A DNA stretch of 64,000 nt from assembly GCA_963710605.1 (NCBI GenBank), contig CAVQBA010000004.1, forward strand, positions 1,216,001 through 1,280,000, read 5' to 3'. This document shows, in pieces, positions 54,405 to 64,000 of this stretch (position 1 is its first letter; each line of letters begins with the position of its first letter). The DNA is from an uncultured cyanobacterium (lineage in GTDB: Bacteria > Cyanobacteriota > Cyanobacteriia > Cyanobacteriales > Cyanobacteriaceae). The notes under the pieces were generated by a model that saw only the letters and a program-made list of their open reading frames with translations, searched no databases and was not told where the DNA came from. The position numbers and the translations under genes were made by a program.

Positions 54405-56672
54405 ATGTCTCATCCTTTATATGTTGCTTTTATTTGGCATCAGCATCAACCTTTATACAAATCTAATGTTTCTACTAATGATTTTGGTGGTCAATATCGC
54501 TTACCATGGGTGAGATTACATGGTACTAAAGATTATCTCGATTTAATTTTAACTTTAGCAAAATATCCTAGTTTACACCAGACAGTAAATCTTGTTCCCT
54601 CATTGATGTTACAATTAGAAGACTACGCCAATGGTAAAGCGATCGATCCTTATTTAGCTCTAACTATCTCTTCTTTAGCAGATGCTAATTTTACGCAAAA
54701 ACAATACATTTTAGAGCATTTTTTTGATGCTAATTATGAATACCTAATTCGTCCTCATCCTCGTTATGACGAACTGTACCAACAAAAGCAAACAAAAGGG
54801 TTACAATGGTGTTTAGAAAATTGGCAAGATAATGATTACAGTGATTTATTAGCATGGCATAATCTAGCATGGTTCGATCCTTTATTTTGGTCTGATTCAC
54901 AGATTGCTAATTGGCTAGAAAGAGATAAAGATTTTACATTAAGCGATCGACACAACATCTATCGTAAACAACAAGAAATTATTCGTCGCATCATTCCCGA
55001 ACATAAAAAGATGCAGGATAAAGGGCAGTTAGAAATAACCACGACTCCTTACACTCACCCGATTTTGCCTTTATTAGCTGATACCGATGCGGCAAGAGTG
55101 GCTGTACCTAAAATGACTTTACCTCAACAAAGGTACCAATGGTCAGAAGATATTCCTCGTCATCTAGACAAAGCATGGCATATTTATACAGAAAGATTTG
55201 GTCAAGCACCCCGTGGATTATGGCCAAGTGAAGAATCTGTTAGCCCTTCTATTTTGCCTTATGTTGCCCAAAGAGGTTTTAAATGGTTATGTTCAGATGA
55301 AGCTGTTTTAGGTTGGAGTTTAGGATATTTTTTCGATCGTGATGATGCAGGTAATATTAATCAGCCAGAGTATCTTTATCGCCCTTACAGATTACCTACC
55401 CCTGATGGTGACTTGAGTATTGTGTTTCGAGACCATACTTTATCGGATTTAATTGGGTTTAATTATAGCTCAATGAATCATGATCAAGCCGCTGAAGATT
55501 TGATTGGGCGTTTAGAGCATATTGCTAGTAATCTTAAAGATAAACAAGAAGACAACAAGCAAGTTTTAGGACAACCAAACCTAGTAACGATCGCCCTTGA
55601 TGGTGAAAACTGTTGGGAATTTTATGAAAAAGATGGTCAGTTATTTTTAGATTCATTATACAAGCGTTTAGCTGATCATTCACAAATTGAATTAGTAACT
55701 GTCTCCGAATTTATTGAAAAATTTCCCCCCACAGAAACGATCGATCCTGCTAAACTTCATAGTGGCTCTTGGATTGATGGTAATTTTACGACTTGGATTG
55801 GCGACAAAGTTAAAAACAAAGCCTGGGATTATTTATATCAAGCCCGTTTAATGCTGGATAAGCACTCAGAAGCAACCGAAGACGTGAATCCTCAAGCGTG
55901 GGAAGCATTATACGCTGCTCAAGGCTCAGACTGGTTTTGGTGGTTCGGTGAGCCTCATAATTCTACCCATGATGATATGTTTGATCAATTATTTAGAGAA
56001 CATTTAATCACACTATATCAAGCTTTAAATGAACCTGTACCCGATTACCTTTATCAACCTGTTGCCGAGGCTGTAATTAAATCTGAAGAGAAAAAGGCAT
56101 CAACTGAAGAATATATTCACCCGACTATAAATGGTCAAACAGATGAGGATGAATGGCAAAAGGCGAACAAAATCATTAATGGTGGTTCAAGGGGAACAAT
56201 GCACCGTGCGAGTATAATTCCGACAATTTTTTATGGTCAGGATAAGAGTAATTTTTACCTCCGTTTAGATTTAAAATCAGGAGCAAAAATAGGTCAAGAT
56301 TTAGCCTCTGAGTTACATTTAGTTTGGTTTTATGAAGATAAACAGGGTGCTAATAATCCGATTCCTTTAACTAATTTACCCGATCGTCAACCGCTTAATT
56401 ATTTTTATCATCACCATTTAGGAATTAATTTATTAGAAAAAACTAGTTATTTAGAAGAAGCACAAGCTGATCTAGTTTGGCATACTCGTGAGTTTCATGG
56501 GCAAGTAGCGATCGATAGTTGTATTGAAATAGCAATACCTTGGAATGATTTAAAGATTGATGATCACGATCGACTTTGTTTACTAGTTGTTCTCGCTGAT
56601 GATAATCAATTTAGAGAGTATTTCCCCAAAGAGCAATTAATTCGGTTGGAAAAAAGAACAATTAATAATTAG
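54405..56672 (+). CDS. Glycoside hydrolase family 57 protein
   Basis: 'WHQHQP', 'HPILPLL', 'GLWPSE', 'IALDGENCWE', 'GSDWFWW'. Confidence 0.9.
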   Translation: MSHPLYVAFIWHQHQPLYKSNVSTNDFGGQYRLPWVRLHGTKDYLDLILTLAKYPSLHQTVNLVPSLMLQLEDYANGKAIDPYLALTISSLADANFTQKQYILEHFFDANYEYLIRPHPRYDELYQQKQTKGLQWCLENWQDNDYSDLLAWHNLAWFDPLFWSDSQIANWLERDKDFTLSDRHNIYRKQQEIIRRIIPEHKKMQDKGQLEITTTPYTHPILPLLADTDAARVAVPKMTLPQQRYQWSEDIPRHLDKAWHIYTERFGQAPRGLWPSEESVSPSILPYVAQRGFKWLCSDEAVLGWSLGYFFDRDDAGNINQPEYLYRPYRLPTPDGDLSIVFRDHTLSDLIGFNYSSMNHDQAAEDLIGRLEHIASNLKDKQEDNKQVLGQPNLVTIALDGENCWEFYEKDGQLFLDSLYKRLADHSQIELVTVSEFIEKFPPTETIDPAKLHSGSWIDGNFTTWIGDKVKNKAWDYLYQARLMLDKHSEATEDVNPQAWEALYAAQGSDWFWWFGEPHNSTHDDMFDQLFREHLITLYQALNEPVPDYLYQPVAEAVIKSEEKKASTEEYIHPTINGQTDEDEWQKANKIINGGSRGTMHRASIIPTIFYGQDKSNFYLRLDLKSGAKIGQDLASELHLVWFYEDKQGANNPIPLTNLPDRQPLNYFYHHHLGINLLEKTSYLEEAQADLVWHTREFHGQVAIDSCIEIAIPWNDLKIDDHDRLCLLVVLADDNQFREYFPKEQLIRLEKRTINN

Positions 56673-56784
56673 TAGTTATAGCCAAATTCAACAAGACAGA
56701 GCAAGCCCCCGCGCATCCCCCAAGTTTGGGGGACTTTCTGTGAAAAACGGTTGCAAATTTTATTTGAATTGGTATTAGATTTGA

Positions 56785-56837
56785 GTTCAATTTATTGAAC
56801 GGTTTTATTTTAGCCTTGAACTTAAGTTCAAGGATAA
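56785..56837. repeat. Composite palindromic dispersed repeat, copy 2 (inverted)
   Basis: GTTCAATTTATTGAAC + 13 nt + CCTTGAACTTAAGTTCAAGG. Confidence 0.75.
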
Positions 56838-56894
56838 TCTTTTAAGCTAAAACAAGAGAGTTTACACCCTTATTAACAAAATATTACCCCCAGT

Positions 56895-58019
56895 TTAATA
56901 AAGATCGTATCTAAGTAAAGTACAACTAATACCACCATTATCGATCGGTACACGACGAGAAGTACGTAAACCAATCTTTTTAGTCAACTCCTTATTACCA
57001 CTAAAAATATAAGCTGTCCAACCTGTAAATCTTTGCTTTAAAATGTCTCCGAGTAATTTATATAAAGGAAATAAACTTTCAGTATCAGATATTCTTTTCC
57101 CATAAGGTGGATTACAAATCAAAATACCCGATTCTGCTGGAGGTTGAATATCAATTAAATGTTTTTGGTATATTTTTACTTCTTGATGTAATTGGCAAAT
57201 ATGGGCATTTGTTTGAGCTTGTCTAACAATGTCTCGATCGGCATCACTACCGATAATCGGGGCTACTTGATTTTTTTGTGCAGTTTCGGCTTCGTTTAAT
57301 ACTTCTTCCCACAATTGCTCGTCATAGTCTGCCCAGTTTTGAAAATAAAAATAATCACGAGATAAACCGGGAGCAATATTTAAACCAATTAAAGCCGCTT
57401 CTAAAATAATTGTACCTGAGCCACAAAAAGGATCATATAAAACTTGTTCACCTTCCCATTCAGTTAGATAAAGTAGAGCGGCGGCTAAGGTTTCTTTTAG
57501 AGGTGCTAAACCAACTGCAGGGCGATAACCACGACGATGAAGACTTTCACCTGTACTATCTAAACTTAAGACACAGTCATCGTTATAGATATGTGCGTTA
57601 AGATAAAGATCAGGATCTTTTGGATCTACACTTGAGCGAGAACCAGTTTGCTTCATTTGTTGATCAACGATCGCATCTTTGATCTGTAAAGCGGTAAAAT
57701 GAGTATGATTAAGCTCATCGTTTTTACCTGTAGAACGAACAGCTAATGTTTGATTTGGTTGTATATATTCTGACCAATCAATCTTTTGTATTTCTTCGTA
57801 GAGTTGTTTTCTATTTTTACTTTTAACAGTTTTAATTACTTTTAAAACCCGAAAAATCGTTCTTCCCCAAAGATTGACTTTATATAATAAACGTTTGTCT
57901 CCTTGAAAATGTACTCCTGTGAAATCTGTTTCAACTTCTTTTGCTCCTAATTTAATCAATTCTTGAGCCGTTATCTCTTCTAATCCTCTAGCGGTAGTTG
58001 CAAAATAAGATTCTGTCAC
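56895..58019 (-). CDS. THUMP-domain SAM-dependent RNA methyltransferase (RlmL-like)
   Basis: 'SLHRRGYR..APLKETLAAA', 'DPFCGSGT', 'NPPYG'. Confidence 0.88.
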   Translation of the reverse strand: MTESYFATTARGLEEITAQELIKLGAKEVETDFTGVHFQGDKRLLYKVNLWGRTIFRVLKVIKTVKSKNRKQLYEEIQKIDWSEYIQPNQTLAVRSTGKNDELNHTHFTALQIKDAIVDQQMKQTGSRSSVDPKDPDLYLNAHIYNDDCVLSLDSTGESLHRRGYRPAVGLAPLKETLAAALLYLTEWEGEQVLYDPFCGSGTIILEAALIGLNIAPGLSRDYFYFQNWADYDEQLWEEVLNEAETAQKNQVAPIIGSDADRDIVRQAQTNAHICQLHQEVKIYQKHLIDIQPPAESGILICNPPYGKRISDTESLFPLYKLLGDILKQRFTGWTAYIFSGNKELTKKIGLRTSRRVPIDNGGISCTLLRYDLY

Positions 58020-58377
58020 GTTATTTCTTCTTCCTTTTATAATTCTAATCTCAAACTAACTTGTTCTTAGCTTAATAAATTCAACAAACTTTATCTAAAA
58101 AAGCTTTTAATTATTTTTTATTGTCAACTAAAAATTTATTTGAATTTCACTTTATTATAAAGCCAACTAGTTATACGAGAAGCTAGATTTTTTTTTACCA
58201 ATCGCCAAGCAATTATTTTGACGATCGGTTTAGGAGTATTCATGATAAATTTCAAGTTTCAGGAAATAAGTGTAGAGGCAATTATCAATTATCAATTATG
58301 TAAACAGTACTTAATAACTATCAAAAACGTTAATATATTAAACTAATAAATAAATTATCACTAATTAATATACGATC

Positions 58378-59049
58378 GTGCGTTTACCCTTACCCAAAGT
58401 TAACAATGAAGGTAGAAATTCAGATCATATTGGAGAAGTAATCGAAACTTCCACGATCGAATTTTTAGCACAATGTCTTGAGCCTGAAGAATTAAATTTC
58501 CCTGCTATGCCACCATTTGGTAGTTGGGTAAAATCATTTGATGAAGAATCAGGTAATAAAATTTTTTCTTTAGTCACGAATGTTACCACAGCCCCGATAG
58601 ATTCGGTACACAGAGCAAGGGCGTTAGGTTTAACTCTAGCAGAATTAAAAGAGCAACAACCGCAAATTTTTGCAATGCTTAAAACTGAATTTAGAGCAAT
58701 TATCATTGGTTTTGAAACTCCTCCTACTAACGAAGAAAATGGTTATAGCCCTAGCGATGGTAGTATTTTTCAGTATTTACCACCTCGCCCACCTCAAATT
58801 CACCAAGCAGTTTTTCGTGCCGAACCCGTGGAAATAATCAAGTTTACTAATAATCCCGATTTTTTAAGAGTATTATTACAATTACCTAATGCCCCAGTAG
58901 AATCACTAATTGCGGCTACTTTAAGAGAAAGTTATAGTCTGCGAGGAGGTGACAGACAATGGTTAGTTAGTGCCGGTAGAACTTTGAGTGTTTTACTGAA
59001 AAATGACTATGATTGTCTCAAATATATCTTAAGTCAAGTTCATTGGTAA
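58378..59049 (+). CDS. Conserved hypothetical protein (HAS-barrel-like)
   Basis: 'IGEVIET', 'PPFGSWV', 'YLPPRPPQIHQAV'. Confidence 0.6.
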   Translation: MRLPLPKVNNEGRNSDHIGEVIETSTIEFLAQCLEPEELNFPAMPPFGSWVKSFDEESGNKIFSLVTNVTTAPIDSVHRARALGLTLAELKEQQPQIFAMLKTEFRAIIIGFETPPTNEENGYSPSDGSIFQYLPPRPPQIHQAVFRAEPVEIIKFTNNPDFLRVLLQLPNAPVESLIAATLRESYSLRGGDRQWLVSAGRTLSVLLKNDYDCLKYILSQVHW

Positions 59050-59286
59050 TAAATAATAAATAATTGAGGTTGAATTTAGGTATTAATCGTTTTGTTCAAT
59101 TTACTTGAGTGTACGATCGCTTTTTGCTAATACTCTTATCTAATTTGAACCAATAAACGATCGTGTCTTGATTATGACAAACAAATTACTAATCCTCAGA
59201 GATAATTCATTAATCAAAAAAGTTTTTTGTTTGATTACGTTGAAATATTATAGTATATACTTATTAAGTACATATATATTAAAAAG

Positions 59287-62130
59287 GTGATGATGGAGCA
59301 GTTAATATCGATCGCTAAACAAGACTTACAATCATTTATTGATTATCCAGAGTCTTTAATTGAACAAGACAAAGTAATACAAATAGCCGTTGCGACTCAT
59401 GCCGATACACCCCGTGAATTTTTAGCTATTTTAGTTAATAGTGGTATAGATGAAGTAGCAGACACCGCTCAACTCCATGTTAATTATGCAGGAGAAATTG
59501 AAGAAAATTGGCAAGATATTGTTGATCAAAAGTTAAAGTCTCGTTATCTGGGGCAAAACGACAAATTAGCAGTAGAATTATTGAAGTTTGCTCCTGTGCC
59601 TGATTATTTTTTAAGCGAATGGGTACCAGGTAATTATTTAAGTCAAGCATTAAAAAATCCCTATTTACCTTCTCGTTACAAAGCTAATTTATTAAATAGG
59701 TTAGTTCACGATGAATCTTTAGAAGCTCGTTTACAAATAGCAGAATCTTTAGAAACACCTGTAGCAATCTTAAAAAGTTTAATTGGTGACTTGAAATTTG
59801 CAGTACGCTTAGCAGTAAAACATCATCCGAATTGCCCTTTGGAATTAGTTAAGTTGGTTAAGGAGCAACAAAAAATAGCTAGTGATTGGGATACTGATAA
59901 AAAACAATTAGATAGTTTAAGTAATAGTGATTGGGATTGGATTAGACAAACAGTAGCCCAAAATACTTCTACTTCAGAGGAAACTTTATTAAAGTTAGCA
60001 GAAGATAAAGTATATCCGATTCGATTAGCTGTAGCGAAAAATCCTGCAACATCAGCTATCGTTTTAGCAAAATTAGCCGAGGATTCTAGTTACGAAATAC
60101 TTTCTAAGGTGATAAAACATTCTAATACTCCATCTAAAATACTAATTAAACTAGGTCAAAAACCTAAGACAAAGACTGAAAACAGTCTTAGCTCAGATAT
60201 ATTCAAAAGCTATCGCTCATCGATTTCAATAGAAGAAATAAAAGAGTATGAACAGGCTCGTCAAATATTAAATAGAAGAGTTAATACTCCTTACATTTTA
60301 AATAAGGTAGTCGAAACAGGAAACCAAAATGCTAAAATTTCCGTCATTAGAAATCCTCAAACCCCAATTCAAGTAATTGAAAAACTCGCTAAGGATGAAG
60401 ATGAAACTGTACGTAAAGTTGTTGCAGAAAATAAAAATCTACCTTTAAATATTTTACTAAAATTAGCAGAAGATTCTAGTTTTGGCGTTCGATCGGCTCT
60501 AGCGTACAAAAATACTTACAGTAAAATACAAACTCCCGTTGAATTACTAGAAAAATTAGCCCAAGATGAATCAGAACAAATCAGACAAGAAGTAGCTAAC
60601 CATCCTGATACACCAGAAGAGTTATTAATCAAGTTAGCTAATGATTCGAGCATCAACGTTAAAAAAGTACTAATAAGAAATCTGAATACTCCTGTAACCG
60701 TTCTTAATCGTTTAGGATTAGAGGAAAACTTAGTTGATGCAAGTAACCCCAATACACCAGCAGAAGTATTAGCCAGTCAAGTTAATAGTATTTTACGATC
60801 GCAAAGTAATTCCCGTCAGAGTAATTCCGAATCAGCAAACAAACCTTTAGTAGAATTAATTAAGCATCCTGTTAAAGGGACAAAGATGCCAATAGAAATT
60901 TTAGATAAGTTAGCTAGTCATCATTATTCTTCTGTGCGTTATCGTGTAGCTTCTCACCCCAATACTTCGACTAGTACATTAGAAAAACTCGCTCGTGATT
61001 CTTATGTGCCGACAGTTAGAGCCGTCGTTGATAACCCAAAGACACCACCAAATATATTAGAATATTTCGCTAAATATACCGATCTTACTACTCGTTTGAG
61101 TCTTGTAAGTCATCCCAACACTCCTGCTAGAGTTTTGAGACAATTTGTAGAGGATGCTCAAAAATCAATTAATGCACCCAACAATACTAAAGATGCTCTT
61201 AAAAGTGGTATATTTGGTGATGCTTATAGTTTGTTAATTGCGATCGCATCTAGCCCAAAAACTCCGATCGATGCTTTGGAAATTATTGCTAGAAGAGAGT
61301 TTGTCACTCCTATACTCGATCCTGATTCACTATTTCCCACTAGAACAGATGATGATGTAATACGATCGCTAGTTTATTATAATCCTAATTTGACTCCAGA
61401 GTTACTTAATATACTGATTCACGATCGTTGTGTTGATGTTCGCATTGCCTTAACTCGTCATTCTAATTTAACCGATGCCTTATCTTTGAAACTAGCAAAA
61501 GATGAAGATGTATCGGTCAGAAAGGCGATCGTATCTCAAACGGCTATCCCTGAGATTTTAGAAACTTTAGCAGAAGATGAGATGTCAGATGTTCGCTCAC
61601 AAGTAGCGGAGAATACGAATACTTCTAAAGAGCTTTTAAGACAATTGTCACAAGATACAGAAGCGATCGTATTAACTAAAGTAGCAGGAAACCCTAATAC
61701 TCCTAATGCTGTGTTAGAAAATCTAGCTCAAGACAAATCAGTAGAAGTACGCCGTGCGGTAGCTAATAATTCTAATACTCCCAAAATGATTAAGGATTCT
61801 CTCAAAGATTTGTTACCAACAAGGGAAAAAAGTACTCAAACTCGATCGTCTAGTTCTACTTTAAAAGGATTAAGTCGTATTTATAACCCCAAAACTGATG
61901 ATTTACCTACTGTCTTATCAGAATATAGTAATTCAGAAGTTGCTTTTGTGCGTTTTGTCTCTTTACTGCATCCAAATACACCAGTTGAAATATTAGAAAA
62001 TGGGGCAAATTCGGCTTCTTGGATAGAGCGTTATGCGGTAGCGGATAACCCAAATACACCCACAGAAATTAAACAAAAATTGGCTCAAGATGCGAATCAA
62101 ATTGTCCGTGCCGTGGCGAGAAATACCTAA
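59287..62130 (+). CDS. Leucine-rich-repeat-variant (LRV)/HEAT repeat protein
   Basis: Many ~24-aa units 'VR..VA.NPNTP..(L/I)L..LA.D'. Confidence 0.85.
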   Translation: MMMEQLISIAKQDLQSFIDYPESLIEQDKVIQIAVATHADTPREFLAILVNSGIDEVADTAQLHVNYAGEIEENWQDIVDQKLKSRYLGQNDKLAVELLKFAPVPDYFLSEWVPGNYLSQALKNPYLPSRYKANLLNRLVHDESLEARLQIAESLETPVAILKSLIGDLKFAVRLAVKHHPNCPLELVKLVKEQQKIASDWDTDKKQLDSLSNSDWDWIRQTVAQNTSTSEETLLKLAEDKVYPIRLAVAKNPATSAIVLAKLAEDSSYEILSKVIKHSNTPSKILIKLGQKPKTKTENSLSSDIFKSYRSSISIEEIKEYEQARQILNRRVNTPYILNKVVETGNQNAKISVIRNPQTPIQVIEKLAKDEDETVRKVVAENKNLPLNILLKLAEDSSFGVRSALAYKNTYSKIQTPVELLEKLAQDESEQIRQEVANHPDTPEELLIKLANDSSINVKKVLIRNLNTPVTVLNRLGLEENLVDASNPNTPAEVLASQVNSILRSQSNSRQSNSESANKPLVELIKHPVKGTKMPIEILDKLASHHYSSVRYRVASHPNTSTSTLEKLARDSYVPTVRAVVDNPKTPPNILEYFAKYTDLTTRLSLVSHPNTPARVLRQFVEDAQKSINAPNNTKDALKSGIFGDAYSLLIAIASSPKTPIDALEIIARREFVTPILDPDSLFPTRTDDDVIRSLVYYNPNLTPELLNILIHDRCVDVRIALTRHSNLTDALSLKLAKDEDVSVRKAIVSQTAIPEILETLAEDEMSDVRSQVAENTNTSKELLRQLSQDTEAIVLTKVAGNPNTPNAVLENLAQDKSVEVRRAVANNSNTPKMIKDSLKDLLPTREKSTQTRSSSSTLKGLSRIYNPKTDDLPTVLSEYSNSEVAFVRFVSLLHPNTPVEILENGANSASWIERYAVADNPNTPTEIKQKLAQDANQIVRAVARNT

Positions 62131-62134
62131 TTAA

Positions 62135-62173
62135 ACTCCCCTCTCCTTTGAAGGAGAGGGGCTGGGGGTGAGG
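62135..62173. repeat. CCCCTCTCC...GGAGAGGGG dispersed palindrome (uninterrupted form of the repeat at about 34011-34152)
   Basis: ACTCCCCTCTCCTTTGAAGGAGAGGGGCTGGGGGTGAGG. Confidence 0.75.
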
Positions 62174-62279
62174 TTGATTTGAGCCTTGTTTAACCCCTCA
62201 CTCATCTTCCCTTCAGAAGGGGAGACTTCATAAATACTTTTGCTTTTTTTTTAACTATATATAATTAATCGAAAAAATC

Positions 62280-63272
62280 ATGAAACCTGAAACAGAACAA
62301 ACATTAGCAACAATAGAACTAATTTTAGAGCAAAAAATTGATTGCAATATACCTTGTCATTGGGGGGATACTTTAAAACCTTATGTTTGGAATAGTCAAC
62401 AGCAAGGTATATTTAGCCCATTATCTTTTCTTAAATCGCAAGGATGGATACAAGAAACTGATCTCGAAAAAGCGATCGAAAATTGGCAATGGTCAGAAAA
62501 CACAGGTTTAGCGGCAAAAAGAATATTAGAAGATGACCCCTGTTGCATAGAAGAAGATGAAGATGAAGCAGAAATATTACTGGATGAAAAAACAAAAATA
62601 ACTAGAGCAAAAAACTATCAAAATATATTGCAACTTTTATCAAGTAAAACCACTAACTTACAAGCATTTGAGTTAAATTGTAATCAAGATTATTCTTTAT
62701 CGGTTGCTGTTGCAGAAGTTGCACCTCAACAATGGATTGCTTTAAGCCCTACTGTACCTCAAGAAACCTCATCTTATATTGGATGTAATCAAGCAGTAAA
62801 CACGACTGATGACAATTGTTCAATTATATGCTCACCCCACAATAAGGAAAAAAATGATTGTCAATTTACTGACGATGTAATTTTAGAAATCAAAAAACAA
62901 ATCGATCGATTATCGAAGATAGAAGTTTATGGTTGGTATGACGGAGGTTATGAAACCACTCATGAATATCAGATTCTTATGGCGACAGGGGATAGTAAAG
63001 AAGTAGCGTTGCAAAATATTCTGCTCAAATCTAAGTTTTTGGAAATATATAAATTCGATCGTTTTAATATTGATTATCAGCTTGATAATGATCACGAATG
63101 TGAAGCCGACAACTATCATTTACTTCACCGCTTCTTACAGCAAAGTTTTTCTGAGTTATTACTTTATCGTTTTTGTTTTTGGGATTACGAACATATTTAC
63201 ATCTTAGGAGAAAAGGGAGAGAACGATCGAGTTGGCGTGTATTTTAACAGTCAATTTACTTATAATCCTTAA
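62280..63272 (+). CDS. Acidic hypothetical protein, possibly with NuiA-like domains
   Basis: 330-aa ORF; segments recall nuclease-A-inhibitor patterns (weak, by eye). Confidence 0.6.
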   Translation: MKPETEQTLATIELILEQKIDCNIPCHWGDTLKPYVWNSQQQGIFSPLSFLKSQGWIQETDLEKAIENWQWSENTGLAAKRILEDDPCCIEEDEDEAEILLDEKTKITRAKNYQNILQLLSSKTTNLQAFELNCNQDYSLSVAVAEVAPQQWIALSPTVPQETSSYIGCNQAVNTTDDNCSIICSPHNKEKNDCQFTDDVILEIKKQIDRLSKIEVYGWYDGGYETTHEYQILMATGDSKEVALQNILLKSKFLEIYKFDRFNIDYQLDNDHECEADNYHLLHRFLQQSFSELLLYRFCFWDYEHIYILGEKGENDRVGVYFNSQFTYNP

Positions 63273-63328
63273 TTTTAAATCTAAATAAATACATTTAAAC
63301 CTTTTCTCACAGTCATTTTTTATAGCTT

Positions 63329-64000
63329 ATGAAACCTGAAACAGAACAATTACTCGGTACATTAGAAATTCTTGGTAGTTATAATGATTTCCTCTGGGAA
63401 ACAGAAAAACAAGGAGAATTTAACCCTTGGAATTTAATGAAATCTCAAGGATTTGTCAAGCAAACAGATTTAGAATTAGTATTTGAACATTGGCAAAATA
63501 TCGAAAACTGGGGTACTCCCACCGACCAAAAAAGCGATGGCTATGAATATGCACCATCTCGCACTCATGATGAATATAACGATCGAAATGATGAAGATTG
63601 GAATGATGAGATAGCCCAACAACGTCAACAATACTATCAGCAATTACAAAAGATATGCCAAGAAAATCTAGAAATTATCGAAGCATATTCTTTAGAAGTT
63701 ACTAACTCTGAATGGGAATGGGAGCGCCCCTATTTTTATGTTTCAATCATTGTTGGTAAAACTACTAACCATAATTGGATTTGTTTAGCACCAATCGTCG
63801 AAGATTTATGCCTTTACGATCGAAATACAAGTAGTTACGATCAATCTTCAGATAACATTCAAGATGATACATTGTCTAATATAGAATCAATTGTCGATCG
63901 TCTTACACCAATTACTCTTTATGATTATTGGTATGGTGGCTACAATCAAACTCATCAGCATCAAATAGTTACAGGAAGAGGGGAAACAAAAGAAGAAGCA
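63329..64000 (+). CDS. Tandem paralog of the preceding gene, runs off the window end
   Basis: Starts MKPETEQLLGTLEIL; shares 'KSQG...TDLE', 'WI.L.P.V' and 'WY.GGY..TH..QI..G..KE.A' with 62280-63272; no stop before 64000. Confidence 0.8.
   Translation, partial: MKPETEQLLGTLEILGSYNDFLWETEKQGEFNPWNLMKSQGFVKQTDLELVFEHWQNIENWGTPTDQKSDGYEYAPSRTHDEYNDRNDEDWNDEIAQQRQQYYQQLQKICQENLEIIEAYSLEVTNSEWEWERPYFYVSIIVGKTTNHNWICLAPIVEDLCLYDRNTSSYDQSSDNIQDDTLSNIESIVDRLTPITLYDYWYGGYNQTHQHQIVTGRGETKEEA

Overview
AT-rich chromosomal segment of a cyanobacterium. CGATCG/HIP1 sites, heptamer tandem repeats, nblA and ycf34 support this; a Geminocystis/Cyanobacterium-like lineage is only an inference. Most genes are housekeeping or signalling: pyrB, pcrA, rsmB, glnT-like GS, a patA-cheY-cheW-MCP cluster, phoX, dnaN and a GH57 enzyme. 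The highlight is a nested mobile element. A TnpA-less IS200/IS605 element with an intact-looking TnpB (about 39796-44191) carries a complete group IIB intron (41356-44101, RT-X-D-HNH protein) in the last codons of tnpB, inside the predicted omega-RNA scaffold. EBS1/IBS1 and EBS2/IBS2 each match 6/6. Splicing would change the TnpB C-terminus to ...QLSLFEWMDG*, a canonical beta-clamp motif, and rejoin the guide-RNA scaffold. Other observations: an IS5-family element with a TA duplication disrupting patA, a ~50-nt covarying structured repeat nested inside itself at two loci, a palindromic repeat read in frame inside a surface-protein gene, an unannotated nblA, and gene breaks at CGATCG sites that look like systematic sequencing errors.
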